NCBI GenBank assembly: GCA_964474445.1
Contig: CAYYSJ010000002.1
Span: 1 to 51,609, forward strand
DNA: 51,609 bases
Direction of reading: 5' to 3'
Source of the DNA: an uncultured Gammaproteobacteria bacterium
Lineage (GTDB): Bacteria > Patescibacteriota > Microgenomatia > Levybacterales > UBA12049
Shown here: piece after piece, positions 1 to 10,006 of the stretch
Position numbering within the stretch: position 1 is the first letter of the stretch
How the letters are laid out: every line of letters begins with the position of its first letter
The notes under the pieces: model-generated
Seen by the model: the letters and a program-made list of their open reading frames with translations, nothing else
What the model was told of the DNA's origin: nothing
Database searches by the model: none
Made by a program: the position numbers and the translations under genes

Positions 1-2618
1 CCATTTGCTGTAATATTTCCATTATTTGCAATAGTGAACTGGGTGGTACCAGAGGAGGAGGCAGTGAAAATATCATTGGTTATTGCCCCTGTTTGATTCA
101 CAATAAGTGCTGCGTTTCCGCCTATGTTACCTCCTTGAACATGAAGGAGAGCAGATGGCGTAGCTGTCCCTATCCCAACTTTTCCGCTTCCTGAAAGTGT
201 GAAATTGAAGCCTCCTAATGGGATATCTGTGTTGCCAGTGAGAGAGCCCCCTAAGGTAATTGCGTTGACTGTTCGTGTTAGGCCATTTGAGAAAGTAAGA
301 GGATTTTCAAAGTCAGTTCCTGGCACTGCAATAGACAGAATGCCAGACCCATTTGCTTTAAGCAATCCATTTGTGAGACTGCTAAAAGTAATAGTGCCAG
401 AAGAGGTTAGACCAGTAAGGCCAGTAAGTGTTCCTCCGGCAATTAAGTTGGCACCGGAGGTTTGTAATGCTGTTATTCCTCCAGGTGCTAATATGATATT
501 TCCAGTTGTTGCATTCCCTAAGGTTAAGGTTTGCTTTGCTGTGGTTGCCAGGGTTCCGTTTGCTGTTAGGAATGTGGAACCATTTGTTCCGGCTGAAATA
601 GAAGCTGTTGGGGTTCCTGATGCAACATTAGTGAATGCAAACTTTGCAGTAGAAGTAAGTGTTGAACCTATGGCAATATCCCCATTAGCAGTGACTGTAA
701 ATGCTTTTAATCCAGTTGTATCATTGCTAATGACAAATTTTGATGCATCAGTATTGATTGAAAATTGGTGCTCGCCAGGATCAGTATCAATAAATGTTAT
801 CGTTGGTGAAGCATTAGCAATTGTAATATTTCCACCAGATGTTGTTTGACCAGCAAGATATAAATTACGATATTTCCTTGTAGGGGAACCTAAATCATAT
901 GCATTATCAACATTTGGTCCAATACTTCCTGCTACCTCAAGCCTGAAAGGATTATTAGAGGCGTCCAAGTCAAAAGGACTACTTCCAAGTCCAATGCCAA
1001 TATTGCCCGTTGGAATAAGCAAATCGCCAGAGGAACTTGCTGATATGGTTGGAGCAGTTGCACTAGTGCCAGATGCATTAAGAGTGAGCGTTCCACTGAT
1101 TGAAGCAGGAGTGCCAAGGGAAAGATTGCCTGTTGCTACATTGAAAAAGAGCGTAGATTTTGAAATAGAACCGTTACCACCAAGAACAAAATGGTTTGAG
1201 GTAATGGTTGACCGTATATAATTTCCGTAAGTCCCATCAGTGTTGATTATGAAAGGAGATTGCCCAGCGGATACAATTGATGAATCCAAGTCTTTTAACA
1301 CCTGCTGTAAGTTTGTGGCTGTTGTACTCGTGAGGTTAGGGAATACGCCAACCAAATTTGCTCCTGATGTATTTGCATTTGTTCCTGCAGCATTCAGCGC
1401 AATAGATGTCCAAGAAGGAATACCGTTTTGTACCTGAAGAATCTGTCCATTACTTGTTCCGATTGGCAGACCTGCAAGGGTATTGCTAGTTGCTGCATAG
1501 AGCAAAGCCCCTGTTGTATAGGAAGTAAGACCTGTTCCTCCCACACCTGTGGGAACAATTCCTGTCTTGATTGCTGCACCATTGACGCTTCCCGAAGCAT
1601 CAATGATGAGACTTGGAACAACATCTTGTGCAAGAATACATTGGGAACAATGGCCTCGGCTAACAACAGTACTGAGCGTGGATGCATTACTAATCGTAAG
1701 TCCGCTTATGGTAATGTCTGTTCCAGCCTTCAGCGTAACATCTCCACTTTGTCCTTGTAATGAATTTACAATACCTGAAAGATCAACTGAAATTGTTGGT
1801 GTTTGACCTTGGCTTACGCTAACATGCTGGCCTGCTTTAATACCGTACAGCACGTTTGGAGCGGTAATATCGCCTCCAAAAACACCTGATCCCTTCACGA
1901 CGAGCTGCTCTAATGATGCATTATCTTTGAAGATAACGGGCACTGAGAAAATAACGTTTCCTTTTAGCTGCAATTTGCTTGTTGATGCGCCTAAGATTGC
2001 CGTACTTCCTTGTGTTGCCTTCTCAAATTTCAGTTCATATTGTGAAGCAAGGTAGCTAATGCGTGATTTCTGTGTGAAAAATCCAATAACGAGAAGGGCC
2101 ACAATGCCATTGATGGTCAATAACACTTTTTTTGAAGGCATCTTGAAGGAGGGGAATGTGAGAGATTGTTTTACTTGAGATTTGAGGTATTCTTTAACAA
2201 AATCATCGCTATGGAATTCTTCTCCCATCCATTTCAAAAGCTTTTGATAGAAGCTATTTTGTGAAAACGATTGTGTTGGATGAGACTTATCATCCGTTTG
2301 CGGTTGTATGGAAAGAGAATTTGCTCTTTCGAGCCCCGTTGGAGAAGTTTCCCTATCCAACGGGGTATTTGCAGCTCGCCCAAGCTGTTTTTCCTCACGT
2401 ATTTTTTGTTTTTTGGTTGATGTGCGGGGGAAGTATGCTCGTCGGAAAACTTCTAATTGATCTGCTGTGTAACCTGTTTTGCCTGTAGCAGTCGTGAATG
2501 GTTTAAGAATTCCTTGTTGGTTCCATTCCAAAAGCATATCAACAGAAACACCCATTCTTTGGGCTGCTTCGTTAATGCTCAATAGATTTTTTGGATTGCT
2601 TGGGCGAGTCGAATCCAT
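1..2618 (-). CDS. Giant surface/fibre protein, 3'-truncated by the window edge (>870 aa): N-terminal MerR/Xis-like HTH, single TM helix, G/T/S/N-rich tail-fibre-like beta repeats
   Basis: Not in the ORF track because there is no stop within the window. Hand translation from ATG at 2618 gives MDSTRPSNPKNLLSINEAAQRMGVSVDMLLEWNQQGILKP...GYTADQL (HTH), VLLTINGIVALLVIGFF (TM), GGTGLTSYTTGALLYA, GTSNGQILQVQNGIPSW. The same frame at the left edge gives GKVGIGTATPSALLHV. About 1381-2618 and 3-215 were translated by hand without a stop; the stretch between was not checked codon by codon. Confidence 0.88.
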   Translation of the reverse strand, partial: MDSTRPSNPKNLLSINEAAQRMGVSVDMLLEWNQQGILKPFTTATGKTGYTADQLEVFRRAYFPRTSTKKQKIREEKQLGRAANTPLDRETSPTGLERANSLSIQPQTDDKSHPTQSFSQNSFYQKLLKWMGEEFHSDDFVKEYLKSQVKQSLTFPSFKMPSKKVLLTINGIVALLVIGFFTQKSRISYLASQYELKFEKATQGSTAILGASTSKLQLKGNVIFSVPVIFKDNASLEQLVVKGSGVFGGDITAPNVLYGIKAGQHVSVSQGQTPTISVDLSGIVNSLQGQSGDVTLKAGTDITISGLTISNASTLSTVVSRGHCSQCILAQDVVPSLIIDASGSVNGAAIKTGIVPTGVGGTGLTSYTTGALLYAATSNTLAGLPIGTSNGQILQVQNGIPSWTSIALNAAGTNANTSGANLVGVFPNLTSTTATNLQQVLKDLDSSIVSAGQSPFIINTDGTYGNYIRSTITSNHFVLGGNGSISKSTLFFNVATGNLSLGTPASISGTLTLNASGTSATAPTISASSSGDLLIPTGNIGIGLGSSPFDLDASNNPFRLEVAGSIGPNVDNAYDLGSPTRKYRNLYLAGQTTSGGNITIANASPTITFIDTDPGEHQFSINTDASKFVISNDTTGLKAFTVTANGDIAIGSTLTSTAKFAFTNVASGTPTASISAGTNGSTFLTANGTLATTAKQTLTLGNATTGNIILAPGGITALQTSGANLIAGGTLTGLTGLTSSGTITFSSLTNGLLKANGSGILSIAVPGTDFENPLTFSNGLTRTVNAITLGGSLTGNTDIPLGGFNFTLSGSGKVGIGTATPSALLHVQGGNIGGNAALIVNQTGAITNDIFTASSSGTTQFTIANNGNITAN
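2278..2386 (-). repeat. Cluster of GC-rich inverted repeats inside the CDS linker region
   Basis: GGATGA/TCATCC (2278-2283/2290-2295), GAAAGAG/CTCTTTC (2311-2317/2324-2330), GCTC-tttc-GAGC (2323-2334), CCCCGTTGGA/TCCAACGGGG (2334-2343/2356-2365), then GCAGCTCGCCCAAGCT (2371-2386). Confidence 0.75.
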
Positions 2619-2706
2619 GTGATTTTTAAAATAAATTCAGGCATAAATAATGCCTGTTATTATCGTATGTAAATAATAGAAGTAGATGTAAAAGTGAGAT
2701 ATAAAA

Positions 2707-2732
2707 AGACCTCTGTAGACCTGAAAAGACCT
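2707..2732. promoter_or_regulatory. Three AGACCT direct repeats at exact 10-bp period upstream of the fibre gene
   Basis: AGACCT at 2707-2712, 2717-2722 and 2727-2732. The binding-site role is inferred. Confidence 0.55.
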
Positions 2733-2893
2733 GGTGATTTGAGCTCAAATGAGGGGTGTAATTATTGAGTTTTTATGCTTTATTGTATGCGTATAAATTC
2801 GAATCAAAAAGTGGTGAGACATTGAAGAGTAGAAGACAGAGGGAAAAATTTATTTTCTATGTGCGGCAGTATCAAAACTGTTTCAGGATGAAG

Positions 2894-4204
2894 CTATGCT
2901 ATCCTTGTGAGATCGCTGACTACGTCATTGATTGTGAGATTCATAGTCATAAGATCTTGATAGGTGATATAACGTCTAAATAGCACTCTATTCTTGGAAG
3001 TGCGAGGGAAAAATAGATCTCTTTTGAGGCCAACAAAGTTCAGTCTTGTAACAATTCTACTCAAGGGTGTTGAAAGCCTAAGTCGTGCATCAGTAAAGCT
3101 GTCATATTCAATTTCTTTCTTATCCAGGGTTAACTCCATAAGTCTCTCAATTAATTGATCAGAATCACTATAAAGTTCAGGCTTGCTGATTTTATATTCT
3201 TTTCCTTGAAAAACAGCAACAACAGATCCATCCATCTTTTGCTCAATTTCAATGATTTTTTGTGCGTGTGAAATTTTGGTTTCCGATTGAAAAATGCTTC
3301 TTTGTGGTCTTTTACCAAAAATTGCAAGCTGAGACTGGAGGACGAAAAACATAATGCCCAGAATCCCCACACCTACGGTTGTTGCCATAGTGTCATTTTT
3401 GATAGCATTTTTCCCGGCAAGGCTTCCTAAATCAATTCGTAATCCGTCACTAGTTGTTCCAAGGGGTGAAAGAGTAGAGGCATCACTTGTTTTAATAAAA
3501 TCTCTTGCACTTGCAATTTGAGAGGGAGTATTTGCTTGTCCAATTGTTTTTTCGAGTGCTGCAAGTGTCTCTGTTGGCGCTTGATTTTGAGGAGTGCTAG
3601 TATTTGTTCTGTTTGATTTAGATTGAGAAAGAAAGGTAAACGAAATATTTTTGCCAGCATTTTGCAGGTTTTTGTCTCGAGTCCTATCATTTCCCAAATC
3701 AACAGAGGTAGACAGCTTATCGTCTGCATTAAATTCTAACTTGCTTGTTTGAGCACCTAATATGCTAGCTTCTGTATTCTTTTGAGGTTTAACGTTGGTA
3801 AATTGGTTAAAAAGAAGAGCAACTTGTGAGCCTTGCGAGAGAAGCAGTGCTCCTGCTACTCCAACAATACAAAGTGTAACGTACATTCCAAAAGGAGAAT
3901 GATTTCTTTGAGGGAAACTTTCGGTATTTGTAACCAATGCTGTTGTGTAGATTTCTGCAGGATGTTCTTTAACGGCTGGCAAAGGAACAGAATCAAGATC
4001 TATGTGTTGGAGAGATTTTTGAATTTCCTGAAAATAATCAATTTGCCGATGAGGATATCCTATGGTTCCATTTTTTGAAATAGTTGGGATAAGAATATCG
4101 TGCTCATTCCAGTCAAGAAGTGTCTCAACAGAAACCCCCAGTCTTCGGGCAGTTTCTTGAAGCGATAGCAATTTTACTGAGTAGCTTGGGCGAGCTGCGT
4201 CCAT
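2894..4204 (-). CDS. MerR/Xis-like HTH membrane protein with two TM segments and an uncharacterised C-terminal domain; N-terminal paralogue of the fibre protein
   Basis: LLSLQETARRLGVSVETLLDWNEHDILIP...GY HTH; TM1 MYVTLCIVGVAGALLL; ILGAQTSKL motif (ILGASTSKL in the neighbour); TM2 TVGVGILGIMFFVL. Confidence 0.85.
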   Translation of the reverse strand: MDAARPSYSVKLLSLQETARRLGVSVETLLDWNEHDILIPTISKNGTIGYPHRQIDYFQEIQKSLQHIDLDSVPLPAVKEHPAEIYTTALVTNTESFPQRNHSPFGMYVTLCIVGVAGALLLSQGSQVALLFNQFTNVKPQKNTEASILGAQTSKLEFNADDKLSTSVDLGNDRTRDKNLQNAGKNISFTFLSQSKSNRTNTSTPQNQAPTETLAALEKTIGQANTPSQIASARDFIKTSDASTLSPLGTTSDGLRIDLGSLAGKNAIKNDTMATTVGVGILGIMFFVLQSQLAIFGKRPQRSIFQSETKISHAQKIIEIEQKMDGSVVAVFQGKEYKISKPELYSDSDQLIERLMELTLDKKEIEYDSFTDARLRLSTPLSRIVTRLNFVGLKRDLFFPRTSKNRVLFRRYITYQDLMTMNLTINDVVSDLTRIA

Positions 4205-4242
4205 ATGTTTGTTTTATTCACTAAAAAATTACGCTAAATCTT

Positions 4243-4296
4243 TGCTGAATTATTCAGCATACTATAACTGTACGTGTTTTTAACAGTAGTAGTCAA
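4243..4296 (-). promoter_or_regulatory. Putative sigma70 promoter with an 8-1-8 palindrome near the predicted start site
   Basis: Minus strand TTGACT (4291-4296), 18 nt, TACAGT; palindrome TGCTGAAT-T-ATTCAGCA at 4243-4259. Confidence 0.5.
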
Positions 4297-5191
4297 TACA
4301 TCATTTTTTATCCATTTCTTAAATTCCGAAAACATTGTCAAATCAATACAAATGCCAAGAAGTGCGTTTGATTATATATTGCCGTAAGGTCTTTGTTTAT
4401 GATTTTGGTTAAATTTATTAACCAAAAATAATTGATTAGGCTTTTTTGTTAGCGTTAATCATTAACGCAATTTTTATAGGAAAATAGTACTAAAAAGGTA
4501 TTTTTTGAGCGAGAACAGGGAGGGAGACGAAATAAGGATTACAAAAGAAATCCACTCTACAGCAAAAGAAGAGAAGAATAGAAATATATTAAAAATCCAC
4601 CCAGCCTTAAAATATAGGACGTATGTATCTATTACTAGAGGACTATAGGAAGGTTGTGGCTATATTTTAAGGAAATTTTCTGATTTCAAAATGGTGTTTT
4701 TTGTACTTATAAAAATATTGAAAAATTGTTAAAATGAACAATTTTTATACCTGGAGTAACTATAAGCATGATTTAAAAAAATTGTATGAAAGAATGTTTG
4801 CAAGAGTTTTAGATTGCGAGATAGTCACTGATTACTGTATAAGTAGACCCTTTTATGCTTTTATTTGGAAGTTGGTTAGTCACTGAGTACAGGTAAAAAT
4901 CTTTGCTTATTGTTTTCATGCACTTGCAAGTTTTTAATTCGACTGCATATTTCTTATTTTAATCCTGTATCTTGTATAAAACAATCACGGTGTATGCTTT
5001 ATAGCTTTATCTTGCTGTAATAGTTTAGTAACTATTTTTTTGTTTTTAGCTTCAAAAAGTCATAGGCCCTAGAATGCCCTAGGAACGATTTTTTTCAGTA
5101 GAGACGATCAAATACTCGTTTTAAAATTGTTTTTGTAATCATTATCAATCTTCTAAAACCATATTTATTGTCTCGAGTAAGATATATATGG

Positions 5192-5509
5192 CTACTTTTT
5201 ATTATTTTGAGCATTTTCTTGAGAGCTACTGCTTTCTTCGCTAATTTGTAATGTTTCAACACCGAGAAAGACTTTTGCATTGTCTTGTTTGACTTTTAGT
5301 ATTGCTTGTTCTATTTTTAGTTCTTTTACTTTTTGGTGATCCTTAAAAAATGATAATTCTTTATATATTATTGAAATAAAGTTTGCATGCATTGGGAAAA
5401 TATCAAATCGTCCAACTTCATTAAAAGAACTAATTCTGTCAACTTCTCCTTCAAAAATGATATTCTGGGCGTCTCTCACTTTTACAGTAATTGGTTTATG
5501 CATAGACAA
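5192..5509 (-). CDS. atpC: F1 ATPase epsilon-like subunit (N-terminal beta-sandwich only)
   Basis: IIFEGEVDRI...GRFDIFPMHANFIS resembles the epsilon GxxGILPxHAP motif; lies after beta; no C-terminal helical hairpin. Confidence 0.8.
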   Translation of the reverse strand: MSMHKPITVKVRDAQNIIFEGEVDRISSFNEVGRFDIFPMHANFISIIYKELSFFKDHQKVKELKIEQAILKVKQDNAKVFLGVETLQISEESSSSQENAQNNKK

Positions 5510-5531
5510 ATATAGTGAATATAAAAAAATG

Positions 5532-7181
<1,650 letters not shown>

Positions 7182-7218
7182 TCATCAAAATAAGAATAGT
7201 CAATATACTCATTTATTT

Positions 7219-8115
7219 TCACATGTCATTAAGCAATGAAATGACCCCGGAAATGGTTTCCAACTGTTTTTTATTTTGTGATAAGTGTTTAATTCTGACT
7301 GTAATTTGATTAAGCTTTTTGGTTTCTTCTTCAATATGGATAAGTGCTTCTTCCATAGCATTTACACGTGATGCATGGCGAGCTAACTGGTTTTCCAAAA
7401 GTGTTTGACTAAAAAGATTTGCCATAATTTGTGTCTGAAAAAAATGAAAAATTTTTTCAAGAGTTGGTTCAAAAATAAACCTATCTTGTCTTGGTGTTTG
7501 AACAACGATTTCTGTTTCAAAAATACCCTCACCTGTAATGCTTGTTGAAATGGGTGCTTGTTGGATAACATTGCCAAACTTTCCATAATATACATAGACC
7601 TTTTCGTATTGCATAAACTTTGCCATAAGTTTTTTAATATGATCTATTTGGACATTTGTATCAGGAATCTCAAAATACTGAAAAGGTTTTCTCTCTTCAG
7701 ATCCCTCAAACATTTCTTTTCCAGCGCTTCCAAGAATAGCGATATCACTTTCCTTAAATTCAGGTTTACGCAAATCGTCGATAAAAAGTCTGAACGTTTT
7801 TTGGGTTACTGCACCATACAGTTTTCCATTGGATGAAAGATACACCATAAGTGTTTTCCCGTTTTTTTGAAGTGTGGTAAGAATTGTTCTTTCTCCTTTT
7901 TTTATTCGTGACATTAAATCCTTTACCTCACGTTCGTAAGAAGATTTTAGGTCAACAAAAATATCTGAAAGTCCTGCTAAAAATTCACGAGTTTTTAAAA
8001 CTAAATCTTTAATCTTTTGCATACGAATAACAGCAATCTCTTCATAGCTTTCTGCTAAGTCTTTGATTGTATTCAGTGCTTCTAAATCTTCTTCTACTAA
8101 TTTTTTCTGTGGCAT
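7219..8115 (-). CDS. atpG: F1 ATPase gamma subunit (divergent)
   Basis: Lies between alpha and beta; N- and C-terminal coiled coils; SSNGKLYG (cf. SDxGLCG), FIFEP, ARHASRVNAMEEA. Confidence 0.9.
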   Translation of the reverse strand: MPQKKLVEEDLEALNTIKDLAESYEEIAVIRMQKIKDLVLKTREFLAGLSDIFVDLKSSYEREVKDLMSRIKKGERTILTTLQKNGKTLMVYLSSNGKLYGAVTQKTFRLFIDDLRKPEFKESDIAILGSAGKEMFEGSEERKPFQYFEIPDTNVQIDHIKKLMAKFMQYEKVYVYYGKFGNVIQQAPISTSITGEGIFETEIVVQTPRQDRFIFEPTLEKIFHFFQTQIMANLFSQTLLENQLARHASRVNAMEEALIHIEEETKKLNQITVRIKHLSQNKKQLETISGVISLLNDM

Positions 8116-8171
8116 AAATGTTTGTGATAGGAATTACATACTACATAATACCATTCTTCATAGTCTTTTAT

Positions 8172-9953
8172 CTATTTACCATCTGTTGACGTCGATTGAT
8201 TTGTGTTAGCTGATTGTTGTTGTGGTGTTTGTGGTGAATGCTGTTCTGTAGGAGGAGGTTGTGTTTGTCCATTTGGTGCAGTCTGGGCATTCGATGTTGA
8301 TGTTGCTGGTTGTTGTTGAGGTTGCCCAGGTAGTGCTTGAGTAGGTTGTACTGTCTGGGTAGGTGCTTGTGGTGAAGGTTGAGCTATTGGCTGTGGAGTA
8401 GATCCTTCCTGAACATTAGGTGTAGTGGTTGCCGCTGATATAGCTTGCTGAGTGTCTGAGGATGTTTGCTGGCCTTTTGTAGCTGTACTATTCTGCTTGG
8501 CGAGAGATAACAGCATGTCTTTATTTTTAAGTACATTTGCATGAAAATCTTTAATATCTTTAGTATTGGTTAAATCAAAAAATGTTTTTTGGTGAGCCCT
8601 ATCGTAAGAAGCGGTTATAAGTCCCTGTTTAACCATATCCAAATCTTCTTTTGTTTGGATAACGTCTTGCAGAATAAGTGAAATAATAATACTTTGTACT
8701 TGTCGTGGGACTGTTAGCTGATAGGGCTGGTTGAAAAATTTATTTATTAAATCACCTTGATTGAGTTGTCTTTTCACATCTGCAGTAAGTTCTTGTCCAA
8801 AGTGAGAGATATTCTGAAGTTTCGTATAGTTTGAAAGGAAAACAGTAAGGTCCTTGTTAATTTCTCGGGAAAGTTTATCAAGTGTTTGCCTTCCCACACG
8901 AGTAACAGACAGAGGAATATTTACTGCAGGACGCATACCTTGGTAATAGATATTACTATCCAAATAAATGTGACCATCGGTGATTCCCATAACGTTAGTT
9001 GCGATATAGCCAGTAAAATCTCCTTCAACAATTTCTATAACCGGAAGACAGGTAATTGAGACCTCTTTTACAGTTGGGTGTTTAAAATTCCCAGCCCTTT
9101 CAAGAAGTCTTGAGTGTGTGTAAAAAATATCACCGGGATAGGAGTCTCGTCCAGGAAAACGTCGAGCAAGAAGAGAAAGCTCTCTGTAAAATTTTGCGTG
9201 CGTTGAAAGATCGTCCAAAACAACTAATGAGTGGATTCCCTGGTCTCTAAAGTATTCAGCAATAGCCATTGCCGCATAAGGAGTTTGATAAATAAGACTA
9301 GGTGAGTCATATGAGCTCGTTGCAACAATAACCATATTACTCATAAGTTTTTCCTGAACAAAAAATTCTTGGAGTTTTTTGATATCACTTTTTTTCTTTG
9401 CAATTGCAGCATAAATTGCCACAACACCTTCATATACTTGTTTTTTAACTGTTGTCATAATAAGTGAAGTCTTCCCTGTTTTTCTGTCGCCTATGATAAG
9501 CTCTCGCTGCCCTCGGCCAAGGGGAATCATCAAATCAATGAGAGAAATTCCTGTTGCGAGAGGAGTTACCAGCTTTTGTCTTCCTGCTATCCCAATAGGT
9601 TTAGCATCAACATCTCTCATTTCTTTTGGAAGGGTAAACGTATCTGCTGGATCAAGAGGATTCCCAAGCGGATTAATAGTATGTCCCAAAAGCTCCTTTC
9701 CGACAGGAATAGAAAGTAACTGATCAGTACGTGTTACTTTTGTTCCCACTCTGATCGGCTCATGAGAGAATGTTCTCACCTCAACTTTCCCACGATTAAT
9801 ACTAAATACTTCACCTTTTTGGCCTGACTCAAACAGTACAACTTCGTGGGTTCTGACTTTAGGTAGTCCTTCAATAAAAACAATAGGATGGGCGACTTGA
9901 AAGACAATGCCATATTCTCCTGTTTTTTGTAGTAATTGATTAAATGCTTCCAT
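8172..9953 (-). CDS. atpA: F1 ATPase alpha subunit with ~100-aa Q/T/P-rich C-terminal tail
   Basis: GRGQRELIIGDRKTGKT, LDDLSTHA, RRFPGRDSYPGDIFYTHSRLLERAG, ITDGHIYL. Confidence 0.97.
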   Translation of the reverse strand: MEAFNQLLQKTGEYGIVFQVAHPIVFIEGLPKVRTHEVVLFESGQKGEVFSINRGKVEVRTFSHEPIRVGTKVTRTDQLLSIPVGKELLGHTINPLGNPLDPADTFTLPKEMRDVDAKPIGIAGRQKLVTPLATGISLIDLMIPLGRGQRELIIGDRKTGKTSLIMTTVKKQVYEGVVAIYAAIAKKKSDIKKLQEFFVQEKLMSNMVIVATSSYDSPSLIYQTPYAAMAIAEYFRDQGIHSLVVLDDLSTHAKFYRELSLLARRFPGRDSYPGDIFYTHSRLLERAGNFKHPTVKEVSITCLPVIEIVEGDFTGYIATNVMGITDGHIYLDSNIYYQGMRPAVNIPLSVTRVGRQTLDKLSREINKDLTVFLSNYTKLQNISHFGQELTADVKRQLNQGDLINKFFNQPYQLTVPRQVQSIIISLILQDVIQTKEDLDMVKQGLITASYDRAHQKTFFDLTNTKDIKDFHANVLKNKDMLLSLAKQNSTATKGQQTSSDTQQAISAATTTPNVQEGSTPQPIAQPSPQAPTQTVQPTQALPGQPQQQPATSTSNAQTAPNGQTQPPPTEQHSPQTPQQQSANTNQSTSTDGK

Positions 9954-10006
9954 AAAAATTTCAGATAGTTATTTTCAATAATACATTTGAAATAGAACAA
10001 TCATAA

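Noticed and set aside
2278-2386. c-di-GMP-I riboswitch or group I intron (GCAAA, GAAA tetraloop, GATAAGTC-like words)
   Set aside because: The order and spacing of consensus elements do not match, and the reading frame is open through the region. Kept only as an unassigned structured element.
199-2488. ORF-track ORFs in this region (199..849, 994..1221, 1428..1760 and others)
   Set aside because: They are antisense or off-frame shadows of the long minus-strand fibre gene. The Cys-rich 1428..1760 product is a by-product of the antisense codon pattern.
1-2618. Prophage tail-fibre gene indicating a prophage
   Set aside because: No integrase, terminase, capsid or other phage genes nearby, and the protein has an HTH plus TM anchor typical of a cellular surface protein.
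4205-5191. Replication origin, CRISPR array, or a missed atpB/small membrane gene in the long intergenic region
   Set aside because: No TTATCCACA clusters and no repeat-spacer periodicity. A hydrophobic minus-strand frame near 4475-4660 has no ATG/GTG start after its upstream stop and no subunit-a features.
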